This document shows positions 20,351 through 28,923 of a DNA stretch of 32,000 nt, one piece after another. Numbering within the stretch: the stretch's first letter is position 1; every line of letters begins with the position of its first letter. The stretch is from Crocosphaera subtropica ATCC 51142 (GTDB lineage Bacteria; Cyanobacteriota; Cyanobacteriia; Cyanobacteriales; Microcystaceae). The notes beneath the pieces were generated by a model. That model searched no databases, was not told the origin of the DNA, and saw only the letters and a list, made by a program, of their open reading frames with translations. Where the stretch lies: assembly GCF_000017845.1 (NCBI RefSeq), contig NC_010546.1, forward strand, positions 3,600,001-3,632,000, read 5' to 3'. The position numbers and the translations under genes are program-made.

Positions 20351-22345
20351 TTAATAATTATTAGGCTGTTGATGCTCTGTTAAATCTGAGGCAATTTCCC
20401 ACCACTTTGTCTGAAATGGTTTACGTCGAGTATTGGTTCCACAATGAATTTCTCCCCGTCCTAAGAAATAGGGTTCCCAATTATCAATAAAATAACAAGT
20501 ACAACCAAATGGTTCTAAAAGATTTTTTACGCAAGCTTCTATTTGACATTCTTCATTGATTTTCGGACCAAAAGGTTTGGGAATAGCTAAATGATTATCT
20601 AACACTAACATATTCACCATATTAGGGAAAAAAGTTTCGGCCCGTTTCTGATGACCTGCCCCTTGGAATAACCCTGGAATATCAATAATATCATCTTCTC
20701 TTAGTCCTAATTTCTGTTTTAAAATGTCTCGATTCCAGTCAATATACCTTTGAAACCGTTGATTATCTTGGAGCAATTCTTGATTTGATAAAAGATCAGT
20801 GATAGACATATCACCGATCCGAGTTCTTTGAGTCAATTCAGTTTGATGTTGCTCCTTTAGAGCTTGAATAATTTCATAATATTTATTAGGACTGGTCAAA
20901 ATTAGTTTAAATCCCTTTGCTGTCTTAGTTGGAACAAAAGTCATAAATTCATCGATATGTCCCACTTCTAACCAATCACAAAAAAGCTCAATGGGCGGTT
21001 GAATTTTTTGAGCATAAAGAAAATCTCTAATATTTTTCACCATTCTGGTTGAATATTCTGGGGCATCAGAATGATTTCCTCCGAATAAAATTCTCCCGAA
21101 CGGATAATCAACCCCATCAACTGTCACAGGGGGACTTACTTCTAAATTACCAAAAGAATCAAGGGTAGTTGCTTCTGGATTTTTGCGTGTTATATGGCCG
21201 ACATCAATTCCTAAAAGTTCTTCTTCGGGAAACTCATCTAAGCCCCGATCTCTAGGAGAATTTAAGACAACATACATAAAGTGACCAGGAGATTCACTAT
21301 AGCCAAATTCAATTTCATCTTGCATCCAGCGATCGTTGCGATAACGGATAGAAGAAACCACTTCTAATTGAGCTTTAGAGGCTCCAACGACAAAGCGCAT
21401 TTGTTCAATCATCTTATAATTCGAACCCGATGCAATCCTTGCAATATAAACAGTTTGAGGACTCAAAGTATGGGGAGTCATAATCCAAGGAGCGACTTGA
21501 AATCTTACCCGATCTGTATATAAAATTTCATTGTCTTTAACCAAAGATAAATTAATAAAAATGATGCCATCAAAATCAATATCCCGATAATGAAGTCCTT
21601 CGACGGCTAAAAAGATATCTTTCGTAATGTCTTGTTTTATTAAATTGCCTTGTTGGTGTCCATGGCCTACTAATTCATGACCATAATTCGTTTCCAGTTG
21701 ATCAAAAATACGAAGATAAGGGGCATTTTCTTCACTAACCCAGACCCTTAAATCATATTGAGAAGGTAACCGTTTCGGGCCAACTTTACGAACCACCATG
21801 AGACTACAATCTTTAATTTCTAGTAATCCTTTGAGGTGATAATCTTCCTCGTGAGCTTCTGGTCGATCGCGATCGCTATTAACTAAAAGAATTGCTCCAT
21901 AACCGTCTTTGCCTTGTTTCCAATTCCCTTTATTTGGGTTATTTTCTTCCACCACCCCATCCCGATCGGCATCTACATCTAAACAGATTCTTAATACAGT
22001 AAAATATAAGCCGTAACTAACAATCAAGTTTTGTTGTTTATCTAACAAATTGATGGTTAAAGAGCGGTCATCTAATTCTTCACTATAAGTATTTCCTTGC
22101 ACAATTAAACTATCAGCCAAGTCTTTGGGGGAAATTAGGACTTTTTCTGATAAAAGTACCGATAAATTGGCTTGTTTAACCCTTAATTCTCCTCTTACTT
22201 TTAATTCAACCCATTCAACAGAAGAATCAATTAAATGTTTAATTGGAATATTAATAAGTTGACCAGTGACTAAAACAACTTCATGAGAAGAACGATTCAC
22301 ACGAGAATTGGAAGAGAGAGGGGTAATCTTGAAGTTTCTCATCAA
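20351..22345 (-). CDS. Protein-arginine deiminase (PAD), animal-type three-domain length (664 aa)
   Basis: Three catalytic segments are present. RWMQDEIEFGY corresponds to mammalian RWMQDEMEIGY (Asp350). VGHIDEFMTFVP corresponds to GHVDEFLSFVP (His471/Asp473). GEIHCGTNTRRKPFQTKWWE corresponds to GEVHCGTNVRRKPFSFKWW (Cys645). The overall length equals that of the mammalian PADs (about 663 aa). Confidence 0.9.
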   Translation of the reverse strand: MMRNFKITPLSSNSRVNRSSHEVVLVTGQLINIPIKHLIDSSVEWVELKVRGELRVKQANLSVLLSEKVLISPKDLADSLIVQGNTYSEELDDRSLTINLLDKQQNLIVSYGLYFTVLRICLDVDADRDGVVEENNPNKGNWKQGKDGYGAILLVNSDRDRPEAHEEDYHLKGLLEIKDCSLMVVRKVGPKRLPSQYDLRVWVSEENAPYLRIFDQLETNYGHELVGHGHQQGNLIKQDITKDIFLAVEGLHYRDIDFDGIIFINLSLVKDNEILYTDRVRFQVAPWIMTPHTLSPQTVYIARIASGSNYKMIEQMRFVVGASKAQLEVVSSIRYRNDRWMQDEIEFGYSESPGHFMYVVLNSPRDRGLDEFPEEELLGIDVGHITRKNPEATTLDSFGNLEVSPPVTVDGVDYPFGRILFGGNHSDAPEYSTRMVKNIRDFLYAQKIQPPIELFCDWLEVGHIDEFMTFVPTKTAKGFKLILTSPNKYYEIIQALKEQHQTELTQRTRIGDMSITDLLSNQELLQDNQRFQRYIDWNRDILKQKLGLREDDIIDIPGLFQGAGHQKRAETFFPNMVNMLVLDNHLAIPKPFGPKINEECQIEACVKNLLEPFGCTCYFIDNWEPYFLGRGEIHCGTNTRRKPFQTKWWEIASDLTEHQQPNNY
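21869..21876. repeat. HIP1 octamer GCGATCGC (representative copy)
   Basis: Exact copies that I verified start at 2292, 3210, 5426, 14078, 15280, 17897, 21869, 26177, 27844 and 31620. More are visible elsewhere in the window. HIP1 is a known hallmark of many cyanobacterial genomes. Confidence 0.95.
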
Positions 22346-22610
22346 AAAATTCTCTTTAATTAGATAAAGACGGGGTAATTATAACATTGAAAATAGATTA
22401 AATTGATTATGATATCTTTAACAACTTGATAAGTAAGTAGTCGGACATAAGGGACATAAATAAAATAGCCCATATAAATGTTTGTAAACGAAGCTTGAAC
22501 CCTACTCCTGCCTCATTTCAACTGTAAACCTGAGTTCGACGGAAGAGAATCTATGAAAAATTGACACCCAACAAGAACTCTCAAACCCTGATTCCCTCCT
22601 TAAAGAAATT

Positions 22611-22645
22611 CTAACTCCGACTTCCGAACTCCTAACACTGAACTC
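22611..22645 (+). repeat. STRR-like degenerate heptamer tandem repeat, 5 units (CTAACTC CGACTTC CGAACTC CTAACAC TGAACTC)
   Basis: I read it directly. It lies in the 463-bp region upstream of the PAD gene. An inverted partner unit GAGTTCG sits at about 22541. Confidence 0.6.
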
Positions 22646-22808
22646 ACGTTGTAACGTTTATTTTTGTTTAGGTACTTAGTCGGATCTAAATAAGCACCAG
22701 TCTGTTAATTTATGTTACAAATTCAACTGACATCTTTAGCGATTTAGTTTGATTATATGTGAAATAACTTAATTGCAATGTTTAAGCGTCTAGCACTGGA
22801 AATTTTAC

Positions 22809-23234
22809 TTAGCTATAAAAAGCTAAATTAATCTTCTGAAAAAGAACGTAAATCAACTTAATTAAAATACCAATATAAAAAAGTAAAAAACCGATAAAAC
22901 TAGAAAGATAGCCAAAAATAATGATATCAGTAATAGTACAATCTAACAATAATATTTTCAATTGAATTGTTAAGTAAAATCGAATAATTTTATAGCAAAA
23001 AATAAAGTGATTAACGTCAATTTTTGCTTTTGAGTAATCAAAATTATCCCGAATTAAACTGAGAATTAGTGACCAGTAAAGGGTTGCTGCTGCTTGTCCT
23101 GCAAAGAAAAAAATAAAAGTTAGTAAAATAGTAACCCAAGTGCTAACATACATTCCCATTAAGGCAACTGATAAAGCGGTTAATGCCATAGAAACGATGA
23201 TAGTGACTGGTTCAGGTCTATATTTACTACTCAT
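22809..23234 (-). CDS. Small hypothetical membrane protein (141 aa, about 4 hydrophobic segments)
   Basis: This is an ORF-track entry. It has hydrophobic stretches (VTIIVSMALTALSVALMGMYV, ILLTFIFFFAGQAAATLYWSLILSLI and IIIFGYLSSFIGFLLFYIGILIKLIYVLF). It is very AT-rich, I recognise no family, and I see no clear RBS. Confidence 0.45.
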   Translation of the reverse strand: MSSKYRPEPVTIIVSMALTALSVALMGMYVSTWVTILLTFIFFFAGQAAATLYWSLILSLIRDNFDYSKAKIDVNHFIFCYKIIRFYLTIQLKILLLDCTITDIIIFGYLSSFIGFLLFYIGILIKLIYVLFQKINLAFYS

Positions 23235-23362
23235 AGTCTTATTAGAACAAGAATTTAGGTTGCTAAATCAATGTAGATTCTTGCTCTAAACATGGCTCTC
23301 TTAAGGTAAACGCTTCCAAGACTGGATCTTTGTTCAATCTACTTTCCATTTTCAATATTACT

Positions 23363-23905
23363 TTAAAAACTTCCCCAAAACCAATTACCAGGAGATTGAG
23401 AATCTTCACTGTAGAAAAACTCATGTAGTAACGTTGTTAATTCATCTTTTGTCAAATATCCATCGTTATTTAAGTCTAAATGGATAAAAGCCTTATGCGC
23501 TTCCTCCGCTTCAATTTCATAGATTTGATAGAATTTTTTAAATTCATCTATATTCACCTGATTATCTTGGGAAAAATCCATAGCCTTTAAGCTGATATTG
23601 ATTAAAGCTTTTTGAATATAGGAGGCTTCAAAGCTATCTAGCATTTGTTCTAAATACCATAACCATTCAGCTTCTGTAATTTTTCCATCGCCATTTCTAT
23701 CTGCCCAAACTTTTAAGCGGTCACCAAAACCCATCCAAAAAAAATAAAGTTCTTCGTACTCAGGTGTTCCCCATTTCCATCCTCTGATGTTAGTAATTTC
23801 ATGGATGACTCGCTCAAAATCGTTTCGAGTTAGTATCCCATCATGATTACGATCTAAAATTCGGAATAAATGGCGTAATTTTCTTTTTCTAATTGGGTTA
23901 AGCAT
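23363..23905 (-). CDS. EF-hand calcium-binding protein with four EF-hand loops (180 aa)
   Basis: Four 12-residue loops fit the DxDxDG pattern: DRNHDGILTRND, DRNGDGKITEAE, DFSQDNQVNIDE and DLNNDGYLTKDE. Confidence 0.8.
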   Translation of the reverse strand: MLNPIRKRKLRHLFRILDRNHDGILTRNDFERVIHEITNIRGWKWGTPEYEELYFFWMGFGDRLKVWADRNGDGKITEAEWLWYLEQMLDSFEASYIQKALINISLKAMDFSQDNQVNIDEFKKFYQIYEIEAEEAHKAFIHLDLNNDGYLTKDELTTLLHEFFYSEDSQSPGNWFWGSF

Positions 23906-24011
23906 AATAATTCAATAAAAATCGATTTTTACGTCTAAATTACAGCACTTGTTAATAGAATAAACAAATCTTCGACTCTTTTGATTAATAATTAAAAGAG
24001 TATTAGTTACA

Positions 24012-24044
24012 GAAAAAAAAAGCACCCCCAAACTTGGGAGTGCT
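24012..24044 (-). terminator. Rho-independent terminator of psbA
   Basis: The minus-strand RNA reads AGCACUCCC-aaguuu-GGGGGUGCU (one G.U pair) and is followed by a U8-9 tract (A-run 24013-24021 on the plus strand). It begins 30 nt after the stop codon. Confidence 0.9.
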
Positions 24045-24074
24045 TAGTGTATTATTCAGTTATTATCAAAGGAA

Positions 24075-25145
24075 TTAACCATTGATAACAGGAGCAGATA
24101 CAGGCTCAGCAGAAGCTAAGTCTAAGGGGAAGTTGTGAGCGTTACGCTCGTGCATTACTTCCATTCCGATTCCTGCACGGTTTAATACATCAGCCCAGGT
24201 TCCGATTACACGGCCTTGAGAATCAAGGATAGACTGGTTGAAGTTAAATCCGTTTAAGTTGAAAGCCATGGTGGATACACCCATTGCGGTGAACCAGATA
24301 CCGATTACAGGCCATGCACCTAAGAAGAAGTGTAAAGCACGGCTGTTGTTGAAGGATGCGTATTGGAAGATTAAACGACCAAAGTAACCGTGAGCAGCTA
24401 CGATGTTGTAGGTTTCTTCTTCTTGTCCGAACTTGTAACCGTAGTTTTGAGACTCGATTTCAGTGGTTTCACGAACTAAAGAAGAGGTTACTAAGGAACC
24501 GTGCATAGCGGAGAATAAAGATCCACCGAATACACCAGCAACACCCAACATATGGAAGGGGTGCATCAAGATGTTGTGTTCAGCTTGGAACACGAACATG
24601 AAGTTGAAGGTTCCGGAGATTCCTAAAGGCATACCATCAGAGAAAGAACCTTGTCCGATGGGGTAGATTAAGAATACTGCGGTCGCTGCGGATACAGGTG
24701 CAGAGTAGGCAACACAGATCCAAGGACGCATTCCTAAACGGTAGGAAAGTTCCCACTGACGACCCATGTAGCAAAAGATTCCGATTAAGAAGTGGAAAAT
24801 TACTAACTGGTAAGGACCGCCATTGTAAAGCCACTCATCAAGTGAAGCAGCTTCCCAGATGGGATAGAAGTGTAGACCGATAGCATTAGAAGAAGGTACG
24901 ACTGCACCGGAAACGATGTTGTTTCCGTAGAGTAAAGAACCAGCTACAGGCTCACGGATACCATCGATGTCCACAGGAGGAGCAGCGATGAAAGCAATGA
25001 TGAAACAGGTGGTAGCAGTTAAGAGGGTGGGGATCATTAAGGTACCGAACCAACCGACATAGATGCGGTTGTTGGTGCTGGTCACCCACTGACAAAACTG
25101 TTCCCACAAGGAAACGCTCTCGCGTTGTTGTAAGGTAGTAGTCAT
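24075..25145 (-). CDS. psbA: Photosystem II D1 protein precursor, Gln-130 (D1:1-type) form
   Basis: The D1 sequence is unmistakable ([23 protein letters not shown]...[20 protein letters not shown]). I counted residue 130 as Q ([10 protein letters not shown]). A 12-aa C-terminal extension follows Ala344. Confidence 0.99.
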   Translation of the reverse strand: MTTTLQQRESVSLWEQFCQWVTSTNNRIYVGWFGTLMIPTLLTATTCFIIAFIAAPPVDIDGIREPVAGSLLYGNNIVSGAVVPSSNAIGLHFYPIWEAASLDEWLYNGGPYQLVIFHFLIGIFCYMGRQWELSYRLGMRPWICVAYSAPVSAATAVFLIYPIGQGSFSDGMPLGISGTFNFMFVFQAEHNILMHPFHMLGVAGVFGGSLFSAMHGSLVTSSLVRETTEIESQNYGYKFGQEEETYNIVAAHGYFGRLIFQYASFNNSRALHFFLGAWPVIGIWFTAMGVSTMAFNLNGFNFNQSILDSQGRVIGTWADVLNRAGIGMEVMHERNAHNFPLDLASAEPVSAPVING

Positions 25146-25197
25146 GGTTATGATTCCTTTATTTATTTGTCAAGGTACGTTTTGTATTGACATTTTT

Positions 25198-25226
25198 ATC
25201 TTAAACAATTCGTCAAGTTTTGTAAA
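25198..25226 (-). promoter_or_regulatory. Candidate sigma70-type psbA promoter (-35 TTTACA, 17-nt spacer, -10 TAAGAT)
   Basis: The minus strand reads TTTACA-aaacttgacgaattgtt-TAAGAT. It would give a leader of about 45 nt that ends in the RBS-like AAGGA at about 25153-25157. Confidence 0.55.
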
Positions 25227-25285
25227 GAAGATTAATCAAATGTTTTCTTATGTAAAAAATAAGCAAGACTTATCTACCTAAACTA

Positions 25286-25306
25286 GAGTTCGCAGTTTGG
25301 GGTTCG
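25286..25306 (-). repeat. STRR-like heptamers in inverted orientation (plus strand GAGTTCG CAGTTTG GGGTTCG)
   Basis: The reverse complement gives CGAACCC CAAACTG CGAACTC. This is the same unit family as at 17831 and 22611. Confidence 0.5.
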
Positions 25307-25313
25307 GAAATCT

Positions 25314-25808
25314 TTAAGAAACCATTTTAAAGGTTAAGTTATCTTGCTTTAAGAAATTATAGGTAAAGTGATCTACCACATTAGTATCACTCAACTCTAG
25401 GTTATAGAAGTCCACATAATCATGATCAAAGTAAGGTCCGGCGTGCCAGGTACCGACTTCTAGCTTGATAAAACAATTCCCAGGAATCTTAAAAGCTTGT
25501 AATTGCTCAATATTGGGATAATTTTCGTCACTCGGAGGCGCAACGGCGATAAACCATTCTTTTCCTTCTAATGAACCCAGACATTGAGTACATTGTTGAT
25601 GGCGAGTAATACGATGAAACTGACGACCCCGTTCTTGTAATCGCATGATATAGAATCTAGGGGTCCCATTGTCTAGATGTAATTGAGCATCCGTTTCATC
25701 GTAAACTTTCCCATCTTCAGAAGGCGTTATTAGTTGTCCGTAAGCTTTAAAGTTTTCTGTGGTAATGTGGATTATTTTTAAAGATTGAACAGTAGTTACT
25801 TGAGTCAT
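25314..25808 (-). CDS. Ureidoglycolate lyase/hydrolase-family (AllA-like cupin) protein (164 aa)
   Basis: Its size is close to AllA at about 160 aa. ENFKAYGQLI corresponds to EAF..YGDVI. ITRHQQCTQCLGSL corresponds to LERHPLGTQAFIPM. GTWHAGPYF corresponds to NVWHHPLF. Confidence 0.55.
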   Translation of the reverse strand: MTQVTTVQSLKIIHITTENFKAYGQLITPSEDGKVYDETDAQLHLDNGTPRFYIMRLQERGRQFHRITRHQQCTQCLGSLEGKEWFIAVAPPSDENYPNIEQLQAFKIPGNCFIKLEVGTWHAGPYFDHDYVDFYNLELSDTNVVDHFTYNFLKQDNLTFKMVS

Positions 25809-25873
25809 AAGGATTAATGGACGATCAATAGCTTTATCCTAATCCTAATACTCAAGCTCTAGAAACTAAAACC

Positions 25874-26854
25874 TTACTGACTCGATGTAATCCCTCTTTC
25901 TCTGAGTTGTTGTACAAAATATTCTTCTAAAGAAGCACGGGCCCGATTTAAACCTAGGAGTTGAGCGTCTATGGTTGAGAGAAATTCGATAAAATCATGG
26001 ACATTTCCTGTTAATTGCCCATGCCAAGTCTGATCAATCTCTTTTATACCTGATATCCACGACTCTAAGGCTGGTTTTGTCCCACCTTTAACGATCACTT
26101 GATAAACATCAGAACGGCCTAAAATTTCTTCGAGGGAACCAACACATAATAAATCTCCTCTGGCTAAGAGGGCAATGCGATCGCAAATTTTTTCGATATC
26201 GGTTAAAACATGAGAGTTAAAAAAGATGGTTTTTCCTTGTTCTTTGAGGGATAAGACGATTTCTCTGACTTGATAGCGTCCCAAGGGGTCAAGTCCAGAC
26301 ATGGGTTCATCAAAAAAGACCACTTCAGGGTCATTAATTAATGCTTGGGCCATACCCACCCGTTGCAACATTCCTTTAGAATATTGTCGTAATTGTTTCT
26401 TTTTAGCGGTTTTTTGGGCTAACCCCACTAAATCAACTAATTCGGGGATGCGTCTTTTTTGTACTGACTTAGGAATTTGAAATAAACCTGCGACGAATTC
26501 CAAAAATTCCCAAGCGGTTAAATAATCGTAATAGTAAGCGTTTTCGGGTAAATAGCCGATTTTTTGTTTTACAGAGAGATTACCGACGGGATACCCTAAT
26601 AATACGGCCCGACCACTGGTCGGACGCACAATACCTAATAACATTTTCAGTAAAGTTGTTTTTCCTGCACCATTGGGGCCCAGTAACCCAAAGGTTTCTC
26701 CTTTGTATACGGAGAAGGAGCAATCATTGAGTGATCGCAATTTTTGATTCATCCAAAAGCCAGTGCGATACACTTTACTTAAATTCCATGTTTGTACCAC
26801 TGGCATTAATTCGTTTTTCGGTTCTTGTGGTTTGACTTCAGTAACGGAATTCAT
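25874..26854 (-). CDS. ABC transporter ATP-binding protein (ABC-2/DrrA-like) with a C-terminal extension (326 aa)
   Basis: It has Walker A GPNGAGKTT, a Q-loop, the signature-like YSKGMLQRVGMAQAL, Walker B VVFFDEPMSGLD and an H-loop NSHVL. Confidence 0.9.
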   Translation of the reverse strand: MNSVTEVKPQEPKNELMPVVQTWNLSKVYRTGFWMNQKLRSLNDCSFSVYKGETFGLLGPNGAGKTTLLKMLLGIVRPTSGRAVLLGYPVGNLSVKQKIGYLPENAYYYDYLTAWEFLEFVAGLFQIPKSVQKRRIPELVDLVGLAQKTAKKKQLRQYSKGMLQRVGMAQALINDPEVVFFDEPMSGLDPLGRYQVREIVLSLKEQGKTIFFNSHVLTDIEKICDRIALLARGDLLCVGSLEEILGRSDVYQVIVKGGTKPALESWISGIKEIDQTWHGQLTGNVHDFIEFLSTIDAQLLGLNRARASLEEYFVQQLRERGITSSQ

Positions 26855-27426
26855 TGCTTTTAAGGTGATAATTGGTGATCTAACTAGAAACGCTCTATTT
26901 CCATTGTTCCCTATTCTCTATATAAAATTAACTTTGTTAAGAATTTTAATAAAATCCTCTCAAGGTTAGAATGCTTAGCTGACCTTGATAGGAACTATGT
27001 TTCGGTACATTTCCAAAAACTATTAATTAAACACTACGTTTCCATTTGAGACAATGATATGATTCTTTCCCATACTTGAATCAGAAGCATATATAGCGGT
27101 GAGCCTATGATTTCTTTTTTGATAATATGCTTGCGAATGTTTACAACTTTCAGTAATATTATTAACACTTGTGGTTGTCTGAAAACTATATTCTTTTTTT
27201 AGGGAATGTCAGTCCCATGAAAAGTAGAATTAAGTAGAAAAATATTAGTAGGATGCCAATAGGCTTGGTCAACAACCAAAATAATAACTTTTTAATCTCT
27301 GTATTTCTAAAAGGGCTTAATATTATTAATGAAAAAAGTTAAACAATGATCTAAAAAGTCCCCAACAAACTCCTAAAACCATCCATAATAAAAAGATAGC
27401 GTGATAAAGAAAAGCCAGAAACATCC

Positions 27427-28830
27427 ATGAGTAAAGGAACCCTCTTCGATAAAGTTTGGGATGCCCATACCGTTCAAATCTTACCTTCAGGACAAACCCA
27501 ACTCTTCATCGGACTACATTTGATCCACGAAGTTACCAGTCCTCAAGCGTTTGCCATGTTACGGGAAAGAGGACTGACAGTATTGTATCCCGATCGCACG
27601 GTTGCCACCGTTGATCACATCGTCCCCACGGAAGACCAAGCCCGTCCTTTTGTTGATACCCTAGCAGAAGAGATGATGCAAGCATTGGAAAACAGTGCCA
27701 AAGAGAACGGTATTCGCTTCTACAATATCGGTTCAGGAAATCAGGGTATTGTCCATGTTATTGCCCCGGAACAGGGACTGACGCAACCTGGAATGACCAT
27801 TGCTTGCGGTGACTCCCATACCTCCACCCACGGGGCCTTTGGGGCGATCGCTTTTGGGATCGGAACCTCTCAAGTACGGGATGTGTTGGCCTCCCAAACC
27901 CTTGCCCTCTCTAAGCTAAAAGTGCGTAAAATTGAAGTTAATGGTACGTTACCCCCTGGAGTTTATGCCAAAGATGTGATCCTTCATATCATCCGTAAAC
28001 TGGGGGTTAAAGGGGGTGTGGGATACGCCTACGAATATGCAGGAACCACCTTTGCTAATATGTCGATGGAAGAACGGATGACCGTGTGTAATATGTCCAT
28101 CGAAGGGGGGGCAAGATGTGGCTATATTAACCCCGATGATATCACCTTTGACTACCTAAAAGGACGGGACTTTGCCCCTACAGGGGATGACTGGGACAAA
28201 GCGGTTACATGGTGGCGTAGTATGGCTTCTGATGCCGATGCCGAGTACGATGACGTTGTTACCTTTGATGCTTCAGACATAGAACCTACAGTGACTTGGG
28301 GGATCACCCCAGGTCAAGGGATCGGTATCAGCGAACCGGTTCCGACTCCTGAGAGTTTACCCGAAAGCGATCGTGCGATCGCCCAAGAAGCTTACAGTTA
28401 TATGCAGTTATCTCCTGGAACGCCGATAAAAGGCACAAAAGTTGATGTCTGTTTTATTGGTAGTTGTACCAATGGACGTATTAGTGACCTGCGAGAAGCA
28501 GCAAAGTTTGCTAAAGGCCATCATGTGGCTAACGGGGTCAAAGCCTTTGTGGTTCCAGGTTCAGAACGGGTGAAAGTACAAGCAGAAGCCGAGGGACTTC
28601 ATAAAATCTTTTTAGAAGCCGGGTTTGAGTGGCGTGAGGCTGGATGTTCAATGTGTTTGGCTATGAACCCGGATAAGTTACAAGGGGATCAAATTAGTGC
28701 CTCTTCTTCCAATCGTAACTTTAAAGGCCGTCAAGGATCATCAACCGGACGAACTTTATTGATGAGTCCCGCCATGGTGGTTGCTGCTGCGGTGAACGGA
28801 AAAGTCTCAGATGTACGGGAACTAAGTTAA
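27427..28830 (+). CDS. leuC: 3-isopropylmalate dehydratase large subunit
   Basis: The sequence [16 protein letters not shown]...HEVTSPQAF...CGDSHT...GSCTNGR...CSMCLAMN carries the aconitase-family Fe-S cysteines. The 467-aa length is typical of LeuC. Confidence 0.95.
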   Translation: MSKGTLFDKVWDAHTVQILPSGQTQLFIGLHLIHEVTSPQAFAMLRERGLTVLYPDRTVATVDHIVPTEDQARPFVDTLAEEMMQALENSAKENGIRFYNIGSGNQGIVHVIAPEQGLTQPGMTIACGDSHTSTHGAFGAIAFGIGTSQVRDVLASQTLALSKLKVRKIEVNGTLPPGVYAKDVILHIIRKLGVKGGVGYAYEYAGTTFANMSMEERMTVCNMSIEGGARCGYINPDDITFDYLKGRDFAPTGDDWDKAVTWWRSMASDADAEYDDVVTFDASDIEPTVTWGITPGQGIGISEPVPTPESLPESDRAIAQEAYSYMQLSPGTPIKGTKVDVCFIGSCTNGRISDLREAAKFAKGHHVANGVKAFVVPGSERVKVQAEAEGLHKIFLEAGFEWREAGCSMCLAMNPDKLQGDQISASSSNRNFKGRQGSSTGRTLLMSPAMVVAAAVNGKVSDVRELS

Positions 28831-28841
28831 ACACTGAACAG

Positions 28842-28885
28842 TTACCAGTGATCGGTTATTTTCGTTCACTGGTAATGTTTATTCT
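28842..28885 (+). terminator. Rho-independent terminator of leuC
   Basis: The stem TTACCAGTGA-14 nt-TCACTGGTAA is a perfect 10 bp and is followed by tgTTTaTTcTTg. It lies between convergent genes. Confidence 0.75.
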
Positions 28886-28923
28886 TGTTAGTCGAATATC
28901 AATGAAATATCCTCCTGCCTCTT

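Noticed and set aside
23235-23362. Hairpin AGAACAAGAAT-22 nt-ATTCTTGCTCT between the EF-hand gene and the small membrane ORF, considered as a terminator
   Set aside because: The loop is large, the stem has a mismatch and there is no U-tract. That is too weak to call, and the two genes may be co-transcribed.
24463-24883. Three small ORFs overlapping psbA (24463-24666, 24637-24834 and 24698-24883)
   Set aside because: psbA is unambiguous across this interval. These ORFs are frame shadows.
26763-26969. 68-aa plus-strand ORF spanning the 5' end of the ABC ATPase gene
   Set aside because: It is antisense to the ATPase start region and continues into AT-rich intergenic DNA. I see no motif and no RBS.
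27107-27202. 31-aa hydrophobic small ORF (MISFLIICLRMFTTFSNIINTCGCLKTIFFF) in the 572-bp region upstream of leuC
   Set aside because: It has a possible weak RBS (GGTGAG). However, short hydrophobic ORFs arise easily in T-rich intergenic DNA, and there is no conservation or expression evidence. It is worth only a glance in ribosome-profiling data.
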